From NCBI RefSeq assembly GCF_036321535.1, contig NC_087437.1:23252001-23316000 (forward strand): 64,000 bases of DNA. Direction: 5' to 3'. The notes below the pieces were generated by a model. That model did no database searches. It was not told the DNA's origin and saw only the letters and a list, made by a program, of their open reading frames with translations. The position numbers were made by a program, and so were the translations under genes. The DNA comes from Camelus dromedarius (lineage: Eukaryota). Shown here piece after piece: positions 52,172 to 64,000 of the stretch (position 1 is the stretch's first letter; each line of letters starts with the position of its first letter).

Positions 52172-52321
52172 GTTTGTTTTCTGAGGGGGAGGTGATTAGG
52201 TTTCTTCATTGGTTTCCACTTGGAGGAGGTAACGGGGATTGAACCCAGGACTAGGGGAAAAAACCATAGGACCTCTTGGTTGCTGAGCATGCACTTTACC
52301 ACTTGAGCTATACCCTTCCCC
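52172..52321 (-). mobile_element. Camelid tRNA-derived SINE (Vic-1-like)
   Basis: Minus strand 'ggggaagggtatagctcaagtggtaaagtgcatgc...gggttcaatcccc...aaacctaatcacctccccc' with Pol III A and B boxes; 14-bp TSD atgcctaacatctt (52158-52171) / atgcctagcatctt (52324-52337). Confidence 0.92.
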
Positions 52322-52339
52322 TGATGCCTAGCATCTTAA

Positions 52340-53070
52340 TGAGAATCACTACCCATTGTTTCTGCTGTTACCACCTGGATCCAAGTCAGAGGCATCTCCT
52401 CCGTGGATTATTGGAACATCATTCTAACTGGGCTGTCAGCTTCTACTGTCACTGCTCTCAAGTCTCTTCTTAGCATGACAACAGAATAATCCTTTTACGA
52501 TTATAACAGAGTATGGGTCTCCTATGCTCAAAACCTCCAGTCGGCTCCTTATTTCTCTTTTTAAAAGCCTGAGTATGTGTCCTGTCGGACACAGCCTCAT
52601 GTAACCTGTGACTTCATCTTCTGCACTTCCTCCTGCTCACCATGGCCTCCTTACTGTCCTTCAAACACACCTTAGGATGTTGGCATCATCTGTTTCCCCT
52701 CTGCTCTTTATCCACATGTTACCATGGCTAACTCCTTGCCTCCTTCACAATTTTGCTTATACCTTGCTTTCTCATTGAGTCCTACCCATATGACCCTTTT
52801 AAAATTTGTAACCCCCATCACCACTCTGAAATCCATTTCCTCTACTCTACTTTTTAAAATCTTTTCCATAGCACTTGTTAACTTTTAACATTGTATAGAA
52901 TACATTTATTTATTATGTTTACCATTTATTGTCTCCTTTTACCAGGATGTGGATTCCATGAGGGCAGAGATCTTTGTTACTTGGGGGTACTGGTGGACCC
53001 CAAATACCTAGAACAGTACCTGGCACATGACAGATACTCAAATCATATTTTTAGAATGAAAAGATATGTT
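52340..53070 (+). mobile_element. L2 LINE 3' portion
   Basis: 'tcctatgctcaaaacctccagtcggctcc', 'tggcctccttactgtccttcaaacacacc', 'ttccatgagggcagagat...cctagaacagtacctggcacat...tactcaaa'. Confidence 0.85.
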
Positions 53071-56018
53071 AGATTTCATCTGTGAAGGACAAGAAAATAT
53101 TCGCAAATTATAGAAGTCTTGGATACCTCACAATGATGGGCAATGCCTAGGGAAAAAAACCATAAAGGGTGAAGGAGCTGTATTACACCTGGCCTGTCAG
53201 CAGACTTTTGGGCCCATATGGCAAGAAGTTAATTTAGATTCTGAGCTTGTGATATGATCATCTGATCACTTACCAACTTCATCTTACCAACTCCCTATCA
53301 CCTAGAAAGACGATAGACTATAGCAGGCTGAGTTTCCTGCAAGCTGCTATATAAAGGCATGGTTAGGATCCAGCTAGTGTTAAATATGCTTGTTCCCGAT
53401 GTCTTCAAAACACTCAGATGTCCTCCGGTTACTGCCTTGTGCTGATGCCTTTTTTCTCAAAGTACACCCATAAGACAACCAGGAAGAGTGTATCAGACGT
53501 TTGCTGTGTCAGCACTAGACTACTGACTGCTGATAAGCCTGACAATAATTTGTGTCATGGACAAGCCTGCACCGGACACTGAGAGAGAAATGCCAAAGAT
53601 CTTAATTGACATAACCAAGCCCCATACTCCTACAGAAACCTCTATAGTAGGCAGTATTTTGTCCAGAGAGGTATTAAGTGATAAGAAGAAAACTAAATTG
53701 AAAAGTTTCTATTTTCTGGAGGAGCTTTTGGGAGCTACTAATGGCAACTGTATTTGGACCTCTCTAAAAGGCTCTACTGAAACTATGTGAGGGATTTGTC
53801 CTAAACATTATGGAAGGGGTCTGCTGGTAAAGAAAACTATTAGCAGCAGTGGTTACTTCTAGAAATAGAGAGTTTGGGAGTAAAATGCAGATTTCACATT
53901 TCATGCATATTTATACTGCCTGAATGTTTGTGAGGCATTTGGGTTACTTAAAAAGAAGTTGTCGACATATTTTAATGGGAACTCAATAGCTGGTTTGTGC
54001 ATCTTGAATTCTATGCAACAAATTATTTTTAAAAACCAGCATGAAACCTAAAGTTTTTATATTATTCAGTCTTGTGTCATGGACCCTAAAGGGAGGGTCA
54101 TGATATATCTTATCTTATGTATACAGAGATCATTCTCATCTCAAAAATGGGCTGTGTCCCAAAATTTATTTACACTTCAGTTGTTTGGAACACAAAATGC
54201 ATCTTTTTCCTTTTAGAATTAATTTTGAACAAATGGTTTTATTCTGTTATAATTCTCTATGTAACTCACAAATACATTCACATATAAATGAAGGAAAATG
54301 CTAATAAATCTTAAATTCTAAGTATATATTAGCCACATTTTAATGAAATGAAAGCTTTTCAGAGATCGGACTACACCTGCCTGTCTTCGTTCCTCTAAGC
54401 AGGATGGTGGGGTCATCCTTTCATCTGGTTCTCACTGTTGCGGAAGGCATCCAAGAACTCCAGCTTCCCTGAGATGCTAATTCTTGGACAGGAGGAAAGA
54501 GCCCTGGAGTGTGGGGCCAAGGCTCCAGGATAGCATGAGAATGAGGGGCAGAATGCAGTCCTGGGGATTTGAGAGGAATGAGAACCAGAGAGGTGGGGCC
54601 TGGGGGACACAGTGGAGCAATGGCAGAGTGGAGTGCACATTTCTTGACCCTTTATTTCTGTGTTTTTCACTGCTGCTCAGGGAGGCTTGTGTTTGTGGTT
54701 TAGGCAAATTCTAGGTCTATCACATGTGGATTTTAGAGCCCTGCTTTAGTTTGAAATAGCCATGATGATTCCATTCTCTTAGCAGACTGGTCTTGGGGTA
54801 TTGAGAGGACCGAACATGGGGTACTACTGAAACACCTCCATGTTCTCTGCTAATTACAGACAACACTTAGCCTCTGATTTGTGACTTGGGTGCAGGGATT
54901 GAAATGAACATAATGGCCAAGTGTTTTTTCTGCAGGATTCTGGCATTCCCAAAGGGTGAAAAGATTTTTGAGAAAGTACCCTTTGTGAAGACTTTTTAAA
55001 TATGAAGCATTTCTTAAAATTAGTTTGAAGTGAGAAGTATATAACCCAAAGACAAGCATGAAGTTATCACACTTCTACATATTTGTGACAGGAAAACCTT
55101 CTGGAGGTTGGCACTACTTAACAACTCTATTTTTATTAATTCTTATAGTTTCATAAAAATCTTCATTCCAGACTCTCTCCAAATGATATTGAAAATGCAT
55201 GTTGATAACATATTTGAAGATTATAAAAATTGGGGAGTATTTTCATTTGAAACGCCAAGAAATACTCGTGAACATTTTTTGTAAAACATACATTTAAATA
55301 TATAAACTATGGCATTGATTTCTTTAATTGAACAAAACATTCATAAGACCATTTTTCAGACTGAAAAAGAAATCGAAAATTTGTAAATCCAGCGTTCTTC
55401 CCTGCAGAGATAAAACCTCAACATAATGATATGGTGATAACTTTCTCAATGTTTGGTAAGTTCAGTTGGAGTCAGAAGCAGAATGTTTATACCTTAAAAA
55501 TTTACAAAGAAGCTGTAAGTGGAAACTCATGTTCACATGGCATTCTACTTAACAAATTCTTATGTGATAAATGCAGTTGGGGCAAAAAAGAAAAAAAAAT
55601 AATATGGAAAGAACACAAAATGTCTAGATTTCACATTTAGCAAATTTCACTGTCTTCTCCAGATTAGCATCAGATTGCCCCTCTGAGACGCACAAGAAGG
55701 TGTTCTGCCTTACATTTTAGAACATTCAGTAGAAAGGGGAAAGTAAAAGATAAACACATTGAAAAGGCTAAAAAGATTTAATTATATTCATGGTATTTAG
55801 CTTACTTTGGAAAAGGAAAGGGAATTTTTAAAAAAATTCTCCTAATTCTACTTTAAAACTTTTTTTTTCCTGACAGAAGAGAAAATAATGCACTTATTCC
55901 AAGTGGCTATAGAGTGCCTTTAGATTATTGTTTTTGTCTGATATTGAATAATTCACAAGGGACATCCTCCATGGTGATGACTCCTTTCCTTGTTGTTTGG
56001 AATAATGTTAACTCTCTC

Positions 56019-57480
56019 TTTTTTAAAATTTGATTTTATTGAATTATAGTCAGTTTACAATATTATGTCAATTTCCAGTATACAGCACAATTTTTCAGTC
56101 ATACATGGACATACATATATTCATTGTCACATTCTTTTTCACCATGAGCTACCACAAGATCTTGTATATATTTCCCTGTGCTATACAGTATAATCTTGTT
56201 TATCTATTCTATATATACCTGTCAGCATCTACAAATTTCAAACTCCCACTCTGTCCCTTCCCACCCCTCCCCACACCGGCAGCCACAAGTTTGTATTCTA
56301 TGTCTATGAGGTTTTTTTTTTTTTATGTTTAAGTTCATTTGTCTTCTTCTTTTTTTTTTTTTTTTAAGATTCCACATATGAGCAATATCATATGGTATTT
56401 TTCTTTCTCTTTCTGTCTGACTTCACTTAGAATGACATTCTCCAGGAGCATCCATATTGCTGCAAATGGCATTATGTTGTCATTTTTATGGCTGAATAGT
56501 ATTCCATTGTATAACTATACCACTTCTGCTTTATCCAGTCATCTACTGATGGACATTTAGGCTGTTTCCATATCTTGGCTATTGTAAATAGTGCTGCTAT
56601 GAACATTGGGGTGCAGGTGTCTTTTTGAAGTAGGATTCCTTCTGGATATATGCCCAGGAGTGGGATTCCTGGGTCACATGGTAAGTCTATTCCTAGTCTT
56701 TTGAGGAATCTCCATACTGTTTTCCACAATGGCTGCACCAAACTACATTCCCACCAGCAGTGTAGGAGGGTTCCCTTTTCTCCACAGCCTCTCCAGCATT
56801 TGTCATTTGTGGACTTTTGAATGATGGCCATTCTGACTGGTGTGAGGTGATGCCTCATCGTAGTTTTGATTTGCATTTCCTGATAATTAGTGATATTGAG
56901 CATTTTTTCATGTGCCTATTGATCATTTGTATTTCTTCCTTGGAGAATTGCTTGTTTAGGTCTTCTGCCCATTTTTTGGATTGGGTTGTTTGTTTTTTTC
57001 TTATTATGTCATATGAACTGCTTATATATTCTGGAGATCAAGCCTTTGTCAGTTTCATTTGCAAAAATTTTCTCCCATTCTGTAGGTTGTCGTTTTGTTT
57101 TACTTATGGTTTCCTTTGCTGTGCAGAAGCTTGTAAGCTTCATTAGGTCCCTTTTGTTTATACTTGCTTTTATTTCTATTCCTTGGGTAGACTGCCCTAG
57201 GAGAACATTGCTGAGATGTATGTGAGATAATGTTTTGTCTATATTTTCTTCTAGGAGGTTTATTGTATCTTGTCTTATGTTTAAGTCTTTGATCCATTTT
57301 GAGTTTATTTTTGTGTACGGTGTAAGGGAGTGTTCTAGCTTCATTGATTCACGTGCTGCTGTCCAGTTTTCCCAACACCATTTGTTGAAGATACTGTCTT
57401 TATTTCATTGTATGTTCTTGCCTCCTTTGTCTAAGATAAGTTGACCAAAAGTTTGTGGGTTCATTTCTGGGCTCTCTATT
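56019..57480 (-). mobile_element. LINE-1 3' fragment (camelid-type), ~1.46 kb, frameshifted ORF2 C-terminus
   Basis: ORFs 57009-57344(-) 'LTPYTKINSKWIKDLNIR...[13 protein letters not shown]' and 56472-56903(-) '[18 protein letters not shown]...[17 protein letters not shown]...MEYYSAIK' match L1 ORF2p, including the Cys-rich domain. Confidence 0.97.
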
Positions 57481-58004
57481 GTTAGTCCAAACACAAATGG
57501 ATTAAATCCATTGTACATGTAGACATACGCCAGTTTAGAATGATTTAAATTTTCAAAGCTTAAAATTCTTAAAACTATGGCTGGAATACCACTTTATTTC
57601 CCTTTGTTCTAGGAATGCTTCTCATCAAAAGACCAAGCAATGACCTGGCTTCAGCGTTTTCTACCCAGAGCTTGCAGGCTGTGTCACCCTCTCAGAGAGC
57701 TAGTGTGTTAAACCCAGACTACATACTCAAAACAGACCATGACTGATTCCTTCCAGAACACTCTCCTGGCCACCAGAAACTGCTGCTATTTTATATGAAA
57801 ACAGAAAAATATTTTGCTCAGTTAGGCTAGGACTTACATAGTCAGCGTGCACACAGTGATTGCTTCTGGGAGACCGTCCTCTATCCATCAGGGAACTGCT
57901 GCACCTAAGGGCCAGCTGAACTGAAGAACTAGGCTCATGCTTTTAGTTCCTGATCCTTTGCCCACTGCAAGTCAGCATGTGCCTTCTCTTCTACATTTGT
58001 TCTT

Positions 58005-58509
58005 TTTAAAATTTTTTAAATTGAAGTATAGTTGATTTTCAATGTTATGTTAGTTTCAGGTGTACAGCAAAATGATTCTATATATGTATTTTTTTCTTTT
58101 CCAGATTCTTTTCCATTATAGGTTATTAAAAGATATTGAACATAGTTCCCTGCGCTATACAGTAGGTCCTTGTTTTTTATCTCTTTTACATACACTACTG
58201 TGTATCTGTTAATCCCAAACTCCTAATTTATCCCTCCCCTCCCTTCCCCTTTGGTAACCATAAGAGTGCTTTTTATAACTGTGTATGTGTTTCTGCTTTG
58301 TAATAAGTTCATTTGTATCATTTTTTAAAATTCCACATATAAATGATACCATATATTTGTCTTTAATTAAAAAAAGATACAAGCACCCCAATGTTCATAG
58401 CAGCACTATTTACAATAGCCAAGACATGGAAACAACCTACCTAAGTGTTCATGAACAGATGAGTGGATAAAGAAGATGTGATATAGCCATATATATATAT
58501 TTTTTTATA

Positions 58510-58541
<32 letters not shown>

Positions 58542-58650
58542 TGGAATATTACTCAGCCATAAAAAGAATGAAATAATGCCATTTGTGGCAACATGGATGG
58601 ACCTAAAGATTATCATACTAAGTGAAGTTTCAGACAGAGAAAGACAAATG
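58005..58650 (-). mobile_element. LINE-1 3' fragment with 5' inversion
   Basis: 58005-58364 is the minus-strand tail and 3' UTR; 58365-58650 is the adjacent upstream L1 segment on the plus strand. Decayed TSD at 57990-58004 and 58651-58665. Confidence 0.92.
58488..58541. repeat. Compound (AT)n-T7-(AT)n-(AC)11 microsatellite inside the inverted L1 segment
   Basis: Read directly; sits at the 'ggtatatatatacac' site upstream of 'tggaatattactcagcc'. Confidence 0.9.
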
Positions 58651-58669
58651 TCTGCACTCATTCTTAAAT

Positions 58670-60720
58670 TCCTGGCTGCGTTCTTCTGTATTTCAATCCT
58701 CATAATAATTCTGGGTGGCATTCTTATCCATGAAATGAACCATCTAAAGCTCTGGATTCTCAACTCTTCTCCCCCAAACTCATTGCCTCTCACTTCTGTG
58801 TCATTTTATGAATCCATTCACATAGTTAGATCTTGCTCCTTGCCATCACCTGCACAATCTCACCTCTGAAATTCTAAATTAAATCATCCAACTCTGTGAC
58901 CATAAACTCCAGCCCCTCACCTTTCTCACTTAGTTTTTCCAACTTTCTTGTTCTTAAATGTTTTGGGAATCCCTAGTTCCTACCCTTATATATTTTCTCT
59001 CTCTCCATTCAACTCTTTCAGCATTCCCCACTCCTTTGCTCCATCCTGTGCCAGCATTCACTAATGTCTGATGGGATTCCCTCAGCCTCTAGCCATTAAA
59101 GTCATAAGCTCACCCACCCCATATCCATTCTTCCCACTTTCTATCTTGTTACAGTTGAGGAGTTACTAGTACCACCTTCTGCTCCAAGCCAGTCGGCCAT
59201 TTGATCCATGGGTCCTGTTTCATTGTTTTCACAGGAACACTGATCTATTGACTATGTTCCTTCTCCCTGCAGCTTCACATTTCCCCTCTCTCCTGTTCAT
59301 TCTCTATCAGATTTAAACATCCTCAAGTCTCTTCTCTCTTAAAAAATGATAGTCTTTCTGTCCCATATTCTCTTTACCTATATTTATTCTTTATCTTCTT
59401 CCTTCACAAGACAATTTCATAAAAGAGATATCATACTTGCTGGCTCTATTTTCTCATCTCCTACCATTTCTCTCAAAATTTTCTTGTCACAGTCACCAAT
59501 GGCATCTTTTTGATAAATATAATGTGCTGTTTCACAACTTGGACCCATTGGTGACATTTAACAGAGCTCATCACTCATTCCTCAGTAAACTCCTTTTTCA
59601 GGATGTCTAAGGTCATAAACTTGCCTGGATCTCAGCCTGTTATTCTAGCTTTTCCTCAGCCTCCGCAATGTTATTTGTCTCTTAAATACCAGGTCCTCTT
59701 CTCATCCCACTTCTCCCTTAGGAGCCTAATGACTCCCGTGGCTTTAAACGCAAAATAGATGTTGACATTTCCCAACGCTATGTCTGATTTAGATCTCTTT
59801 CCTGAGTCCAGACCTGCATATCCATCCACTTATTGGACATTTCTAATTGCATTTTTACTGGTACTTTCAAATCAATTCATCCAAAATTGAATTAGGCATC
59901 TACTGTGGAAAACTTGTTTCTCCTGGGGTATCTATTTAAGGAAACAGGATTACCATCCACCCGGTTACCCATGCCAGAAATATGAGGATCATGCAAGACT
60001 CTTAGCACTCCTTTACCCTATGTCTCTGAACAAATCGGTTACCAAAATCTGTTGATTCTAATTCTCAAATATCTTTTAAGCTTGTCCATTAGCCCTTGTT
60101 CACTGTGAAATTGTTCTCATGTTAGAACTTAATCATGACTTTTCCTGCCTTTGGTCACTGTTTCACATTATAGCTAGAAATCTTTTTCAAAATCTAAATA
60201 TCTGATTATGCCACTACCTTGCTTAAATTATTCAAGCTCTTCTTGTTGCTACTCAAAAAATGTTCAAACCTCTGTCTATGGCTTATGAAGCTTTCTTCTG
60301 CTCATATTTCATCTCTCTCTGGGATACTTCACCCACACAAAATTATTTTTCTTTATCTAAAGATGTTTAGTCTCGTTAAGGCCAGTTCTTTCCCTCTTGT
60401 TCCATTTTCTCTTCTATGATTTCTTCCCCAACTTCTTTACCTTAGTAACCTTCATGTTATGACTCCAATATAGCCTTTTTTTCCTGGGATATTATTCCTG
60501 ATGCCTCTCCACCTTCCCACTCCCCCAACGTGTGAATTCTCTTTCCCCTATTTTTGAGGGATCTGAAAGCTGTACTTTCCCACACATATCATACTATATT
60601 GGAACCTCATCTTATCAGCTTCAACATCTCTGTGTTGCAATGTCCACTAGAGCAGTGATTTTATCTAACTCGATCATCATTATTTCCCTAGTCACTAGCA
60701 CAAAAGCTGTGCAATAAATT
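58670..60720 (+). mobile_element. Long L2 LINE remnant
   Basis: Pyrimidine-rich L2 text, e.g. 'tagatctctttcctgagtccagacctgcatatccatccacttattggacatttcta...catccaaaattgaa' and 'atctgattatgccactaccttgcttaaa'. Confidence 0.75.
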
Positions 60721-61549
60721 TTTTTGCGTAGACACATTATTCAGTTTGTAAAAATTACTGAGTCACTGTTATACTTTAAGTTATACAATAGGATCTATAA
60801 AGTTAAATGCATACTTGCAGTTCTCTGGGAGTGTGTAATTGAAATGGGGAGAAGAAAACTATACTCCCCACCCTTCCCACCAAGATTAGTTTTAAAAAAG
60901 CCTCACTGTGCTATTTGACCTTTAAATTCAATGAAAGTTCAAGAATAAGGAGGTAAATTAAGACAGGAAGGGGGTTTGAAATCAGATAATTTAGGGCCAT
61001 GAGCCATGCCAGTGAAGCTGGTTTTAGAGCAACAGGGTATTCATCCAGTAACATTAGAACTGTAACATGTCAACATGAAAAAATAATACTTAAAATACGT
61101 AAACTTGTTTTGGAAAAATCACAGGTCAGCGTCGCTCCCTTCCATTTCCCAGAATTGAATTGCTTACTTTTATTTCATCTATGAAGTCCACTGTTGCTGA
61201 CAGTCAACTATCGACCTTGGGTACATAATTATATTCCCTTGGAGGAATCACCATATTGGCTAGGCTATGGTTGACCACATTGCAATAATGCAGAGGATTT
61301 AAGGAGACTTCAGTGAAGACATCAAATCTAGCCCCTTGGGAAGGGTGGTCATGTGACAACCACATAGCTTTAACAGACATTGGTATAAGCCTCACAGTTC
61401 TCTGTTTGCTTTGTGCTTTAACAAAGCTTTGATATTGGCATAATGTACCTATTATTAAAAGGAGTACATAGCAGTCATTTTATTTGCCTTCTTCCAAATT
61501 ATTTTCATATAAATCATCTTTCCAAAATTCATCATTTACTTAACGCTAT

Positions 61550-61645
61550 ATATTCTTGAGCTTCAAGTTATATATCTGCAAAATGGTGATAATATTAGTA
61601 TGTACTTTGTAAGGTTATTGTGAGAATTAAATCAATTAATTCATG
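61550..61645 (+). mobile_element. MIR SINE fragment
   Basis: 'atctgcaaaatggtgataatattagtatgtactttgtaaggttattgtgagaattaaat'. Confidence 0.7.
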
Positions 61646-61667
61646 CTCCTCATCTTTATTTTAGTTC

Positions 61668-61671
<4 letters not shown>

Positions 61672-61747
<76 letters not shown>
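61672..61747. repeat. (TA)38 microsatellite
   Basis: 76 bp of perfect alternation, flanked by ttt and aaa. Confidence 0.97.
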
Positions 61748-61751
<4 letters not shown>

Positions 61752-62414
61752 CATTCAGCTATTTCTCTGGCATACTGAGGTGAAATGATGAGGTACTTCA
61801 TGGCAGGTGTGGTCTAGGAGGTCCAGCCTGGGGCCTGTAATTGTCCCGGCACCTGCATGGCTACCCTGAGAGCTGTGTGGAGATTATTATCTTGGAAACA
61901 CCTGAAACCCACTGAAGGCACACATTTGGGAATCCATGAGCTTGTAAAGCTCTTAAAATTATGCTTAACACATAATGAGTGCTCCAGCTATTACTGCATA
62001 TTTACAATAACCTGGTGAAGGTGAGGTAGGGTAGATCCTATAGCCATTCTGTAGACCAGCATCCTGGGGCTTGGGGAGATGTTTGTCGCAGCTGAATGGT
62101 TCTTTCCAGGACATAAATTATTTTAAATGGTAATAAGACTCCCAGAATATCCTCTCCCCATTGCTTGCCCCAAACAAGCTAAGAGACATAATAAGAATTA
62201 CATGAAAGGGACAAACCAAAGGTATACTTGAGATTTTAATATTTACTCCCAGTTGAGAGTTACTCGTGCCGCCTGCTACGTCTAGGGTCTCTGTGGTGAT
62301 GGGCCCTGCATTACAAATGTAAAGGACCACAAGAAGCTTGCTTCTGTAGGGATGCTTGTCAGTTACCTGTATCCCTTGTGCAGTGATGTATTGCAAACTG
62401 TGGATAATGTTAAG

Positions 62415-62744
62415 TCCATAGACAGAAAATTCAGATACGGAAACCCTAATGTGATGGTATTTGGAGATGGGCCTTTGGGAGGTAATTAGGTCATGAAGGT
62501 GGATTCCTATGATGAGACTCATTTCCTTTGAAGAGGAACAAGATAGCCAACTCTCTCTGCTGTCCACCATGTGAGGATACAAGATGGCCATCTACAAACC
62601 AGGAAGTGGGCCCTCACCAGACACCAAATCTGCCAGAACCTTAGTCTTGGACTTCTCAGCCTCCAGAATTGTGAGAAATAAAAGGTTTTCTGTTTAAACC
62701 ACAGCGGCTATAGTGTTCCTGTTCTAGCTGCGGGACCTAAGACA
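62415..62744 (+). mobile_element. MLT1A-like MaLR solo LTR
   Basis: 'aatgtgatggtatttggagatgggcctttgggaggtaattaggtcatga...gggccctcaccagacaccaaatctgcc...ttggacttctcagcctccagaattgtgagaaataaa...ctaagaca'. Confidence 0.88.
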
Positions 62745-64000
62745 TCTACATAGGAGAGGAAACAACGTGGGATTTGGAGCTCGGCAAATTCTGGATTTCG
62801 CTATTGCCTGGACATTTAAACAACTAAGCAGACGTTTAGTGATAAAGAACACATCTTGATAGTGAATATGAATACTCACTAAAATGAACTGCAGAGTGAT
62901 CACAATAAAAATTAGACTCCCCAAGGAGATAATCACATAATGCTCACATGCAGAAAGGCTTTAACACTATTTATAACAGAAGCATCTGGCAATACCCAGA
63001 TGTCCTACAACTTCTCTGTGGAAGGAAAAACCAGCCATAACTCAATGGACCAGTATTAGAAAACATGATTTAGGTGTTTTTCCCCTTGAATGACTATTGA
63101 TTGGAATAATGCAGAAATATATTCCACATAGTTTAACTCAATTAAAAAATATATTGTGTGCAAAATATGTGCAAAATCCTGTGAGGTACTGGGGGATACG
63201 TAGAAATGAGTAAGACATTATCTTAAAACTAATTTCTGTTGTTGAATTTGTAAGGTATCCAAGCAGGCTCTGTATGCATAAAACCACATGCCCTGATTAA
63301 TGTATCTCATCATAAGCAAGTGCTGATTAGTTTAGGTTCCTGATATGAAATGAAGTATAAGTAAATATCAAGCACTGCAGGATAATTTAATATTTCATTT
63401 ACTTGTATTAATTACCTTATTAATGATTTGCTCCTTTAAATTACTTCCATACACATATTACCTCAAAATTTGTTATATTGATAAGAATTATGAATAATTA
63501 CAATTTTACTATTAAATATATCACTACTTAAAATTTATATAAATGTATTAAATTTATATTAATATATTACTATTTTAAATACATAACTATTTTTAAACTA
63601 TTTAAGTAGTTTTAAAAGCATTGCTTGATTTATAATGATTTCAGAAATTGTGGTAGAATCTAATAAATTTATTATTAATTAATTTTCTATTTGAATTCAA
63701 GTACATTTCCCAAGTTTTAGTCTTTATATGTTCATCATACACAGCACTAATAGTGTGAATGGTAGGTTATACTTTTATATTAGTATGCCTGAAAAGATGA
63801 AATAGATGGATAATTCTCAATATGCATCTCTGGTTTCCAGTAGAGATTTCTTATCATAGTATCTGTGTAGGTATTGGCCATGACAAAGAGAAGTTTCTTC
63901 CATGATAATACTATTGCTCTCACCTCCTATCTCATCCATTTTCTATAACAAAATTCTATAATTACTCCTGTGTGGCGTTATGAATCGTATAATGTGATGA

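Noticed and set aside
52172..52321. tRNA gene
   Set aside because: The A and B boxes belong to a SINE with tail and TSD; there is no intact cloverleaf.
56000..57500. TSD or target-site deletion for the 56-57 kb L1
   Set aside because: Only 5-6 bp similarities (tgtta, ctctct) are visible; undecidable without the empty site.
62118..62591. 157-aa minus-strand ORF (longest in the window)
   Set aside because: Begins antisense inside the MLT1A LTR and runs into flanking DNA; no protein similarity recognised.
1..64000. Short ORFs (60-157 aa) from the six-frame track as genes
   Set aside because: Many start at GTG/TTG, lie in repeats or low-complexity DNA, and show no recognisable domains. Only L1 ORF2 remnants are identifiable, and these are truncated or frameshifted.

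Overview
This is AT-rich, CpG-depleted mammalian genomic DNA, almost certainly from a camelid (alpaca, vicuna or camel). The evidence is a Vic-1-type tRNA-derived SINE at ~52.2 kb and artiodactyl/camelid-type L1 3' UTRs. I can support no protein-coding exon, RNA gene or CRISPR array; the only recognisable translations are L1 ORF2 C-terminal remnants. The window looks intronic or intergenic and is layered with interspersed repeats: six younger L1 3' fragments, old L1M, L2, L3/CR1, MIR, MaLR (MLT1) LTRs, one ERV-like solo LTR and microsatellites. The most notable structures are: (1) an MLT1B internal+LTR fragment that looks retrotransposed in trans by L1 (no U5, A-tail, ~15-bp TSD) and later received a nested MLT1A; (2) a twin-primed 5'-inverted L1; (3) an L1 with a candidate 3' transduction; (4) a ~70-bp locally templated insertion in an L2; (5) two promoter-like islands at ~19.5 and ~25.3 kb with candidate divergent first-exon splice donors. 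I found no convincing novel biological system. Repeat family names come from my recall of consensus sequences, not from a database search, and boundaries of old repeats are approximate.
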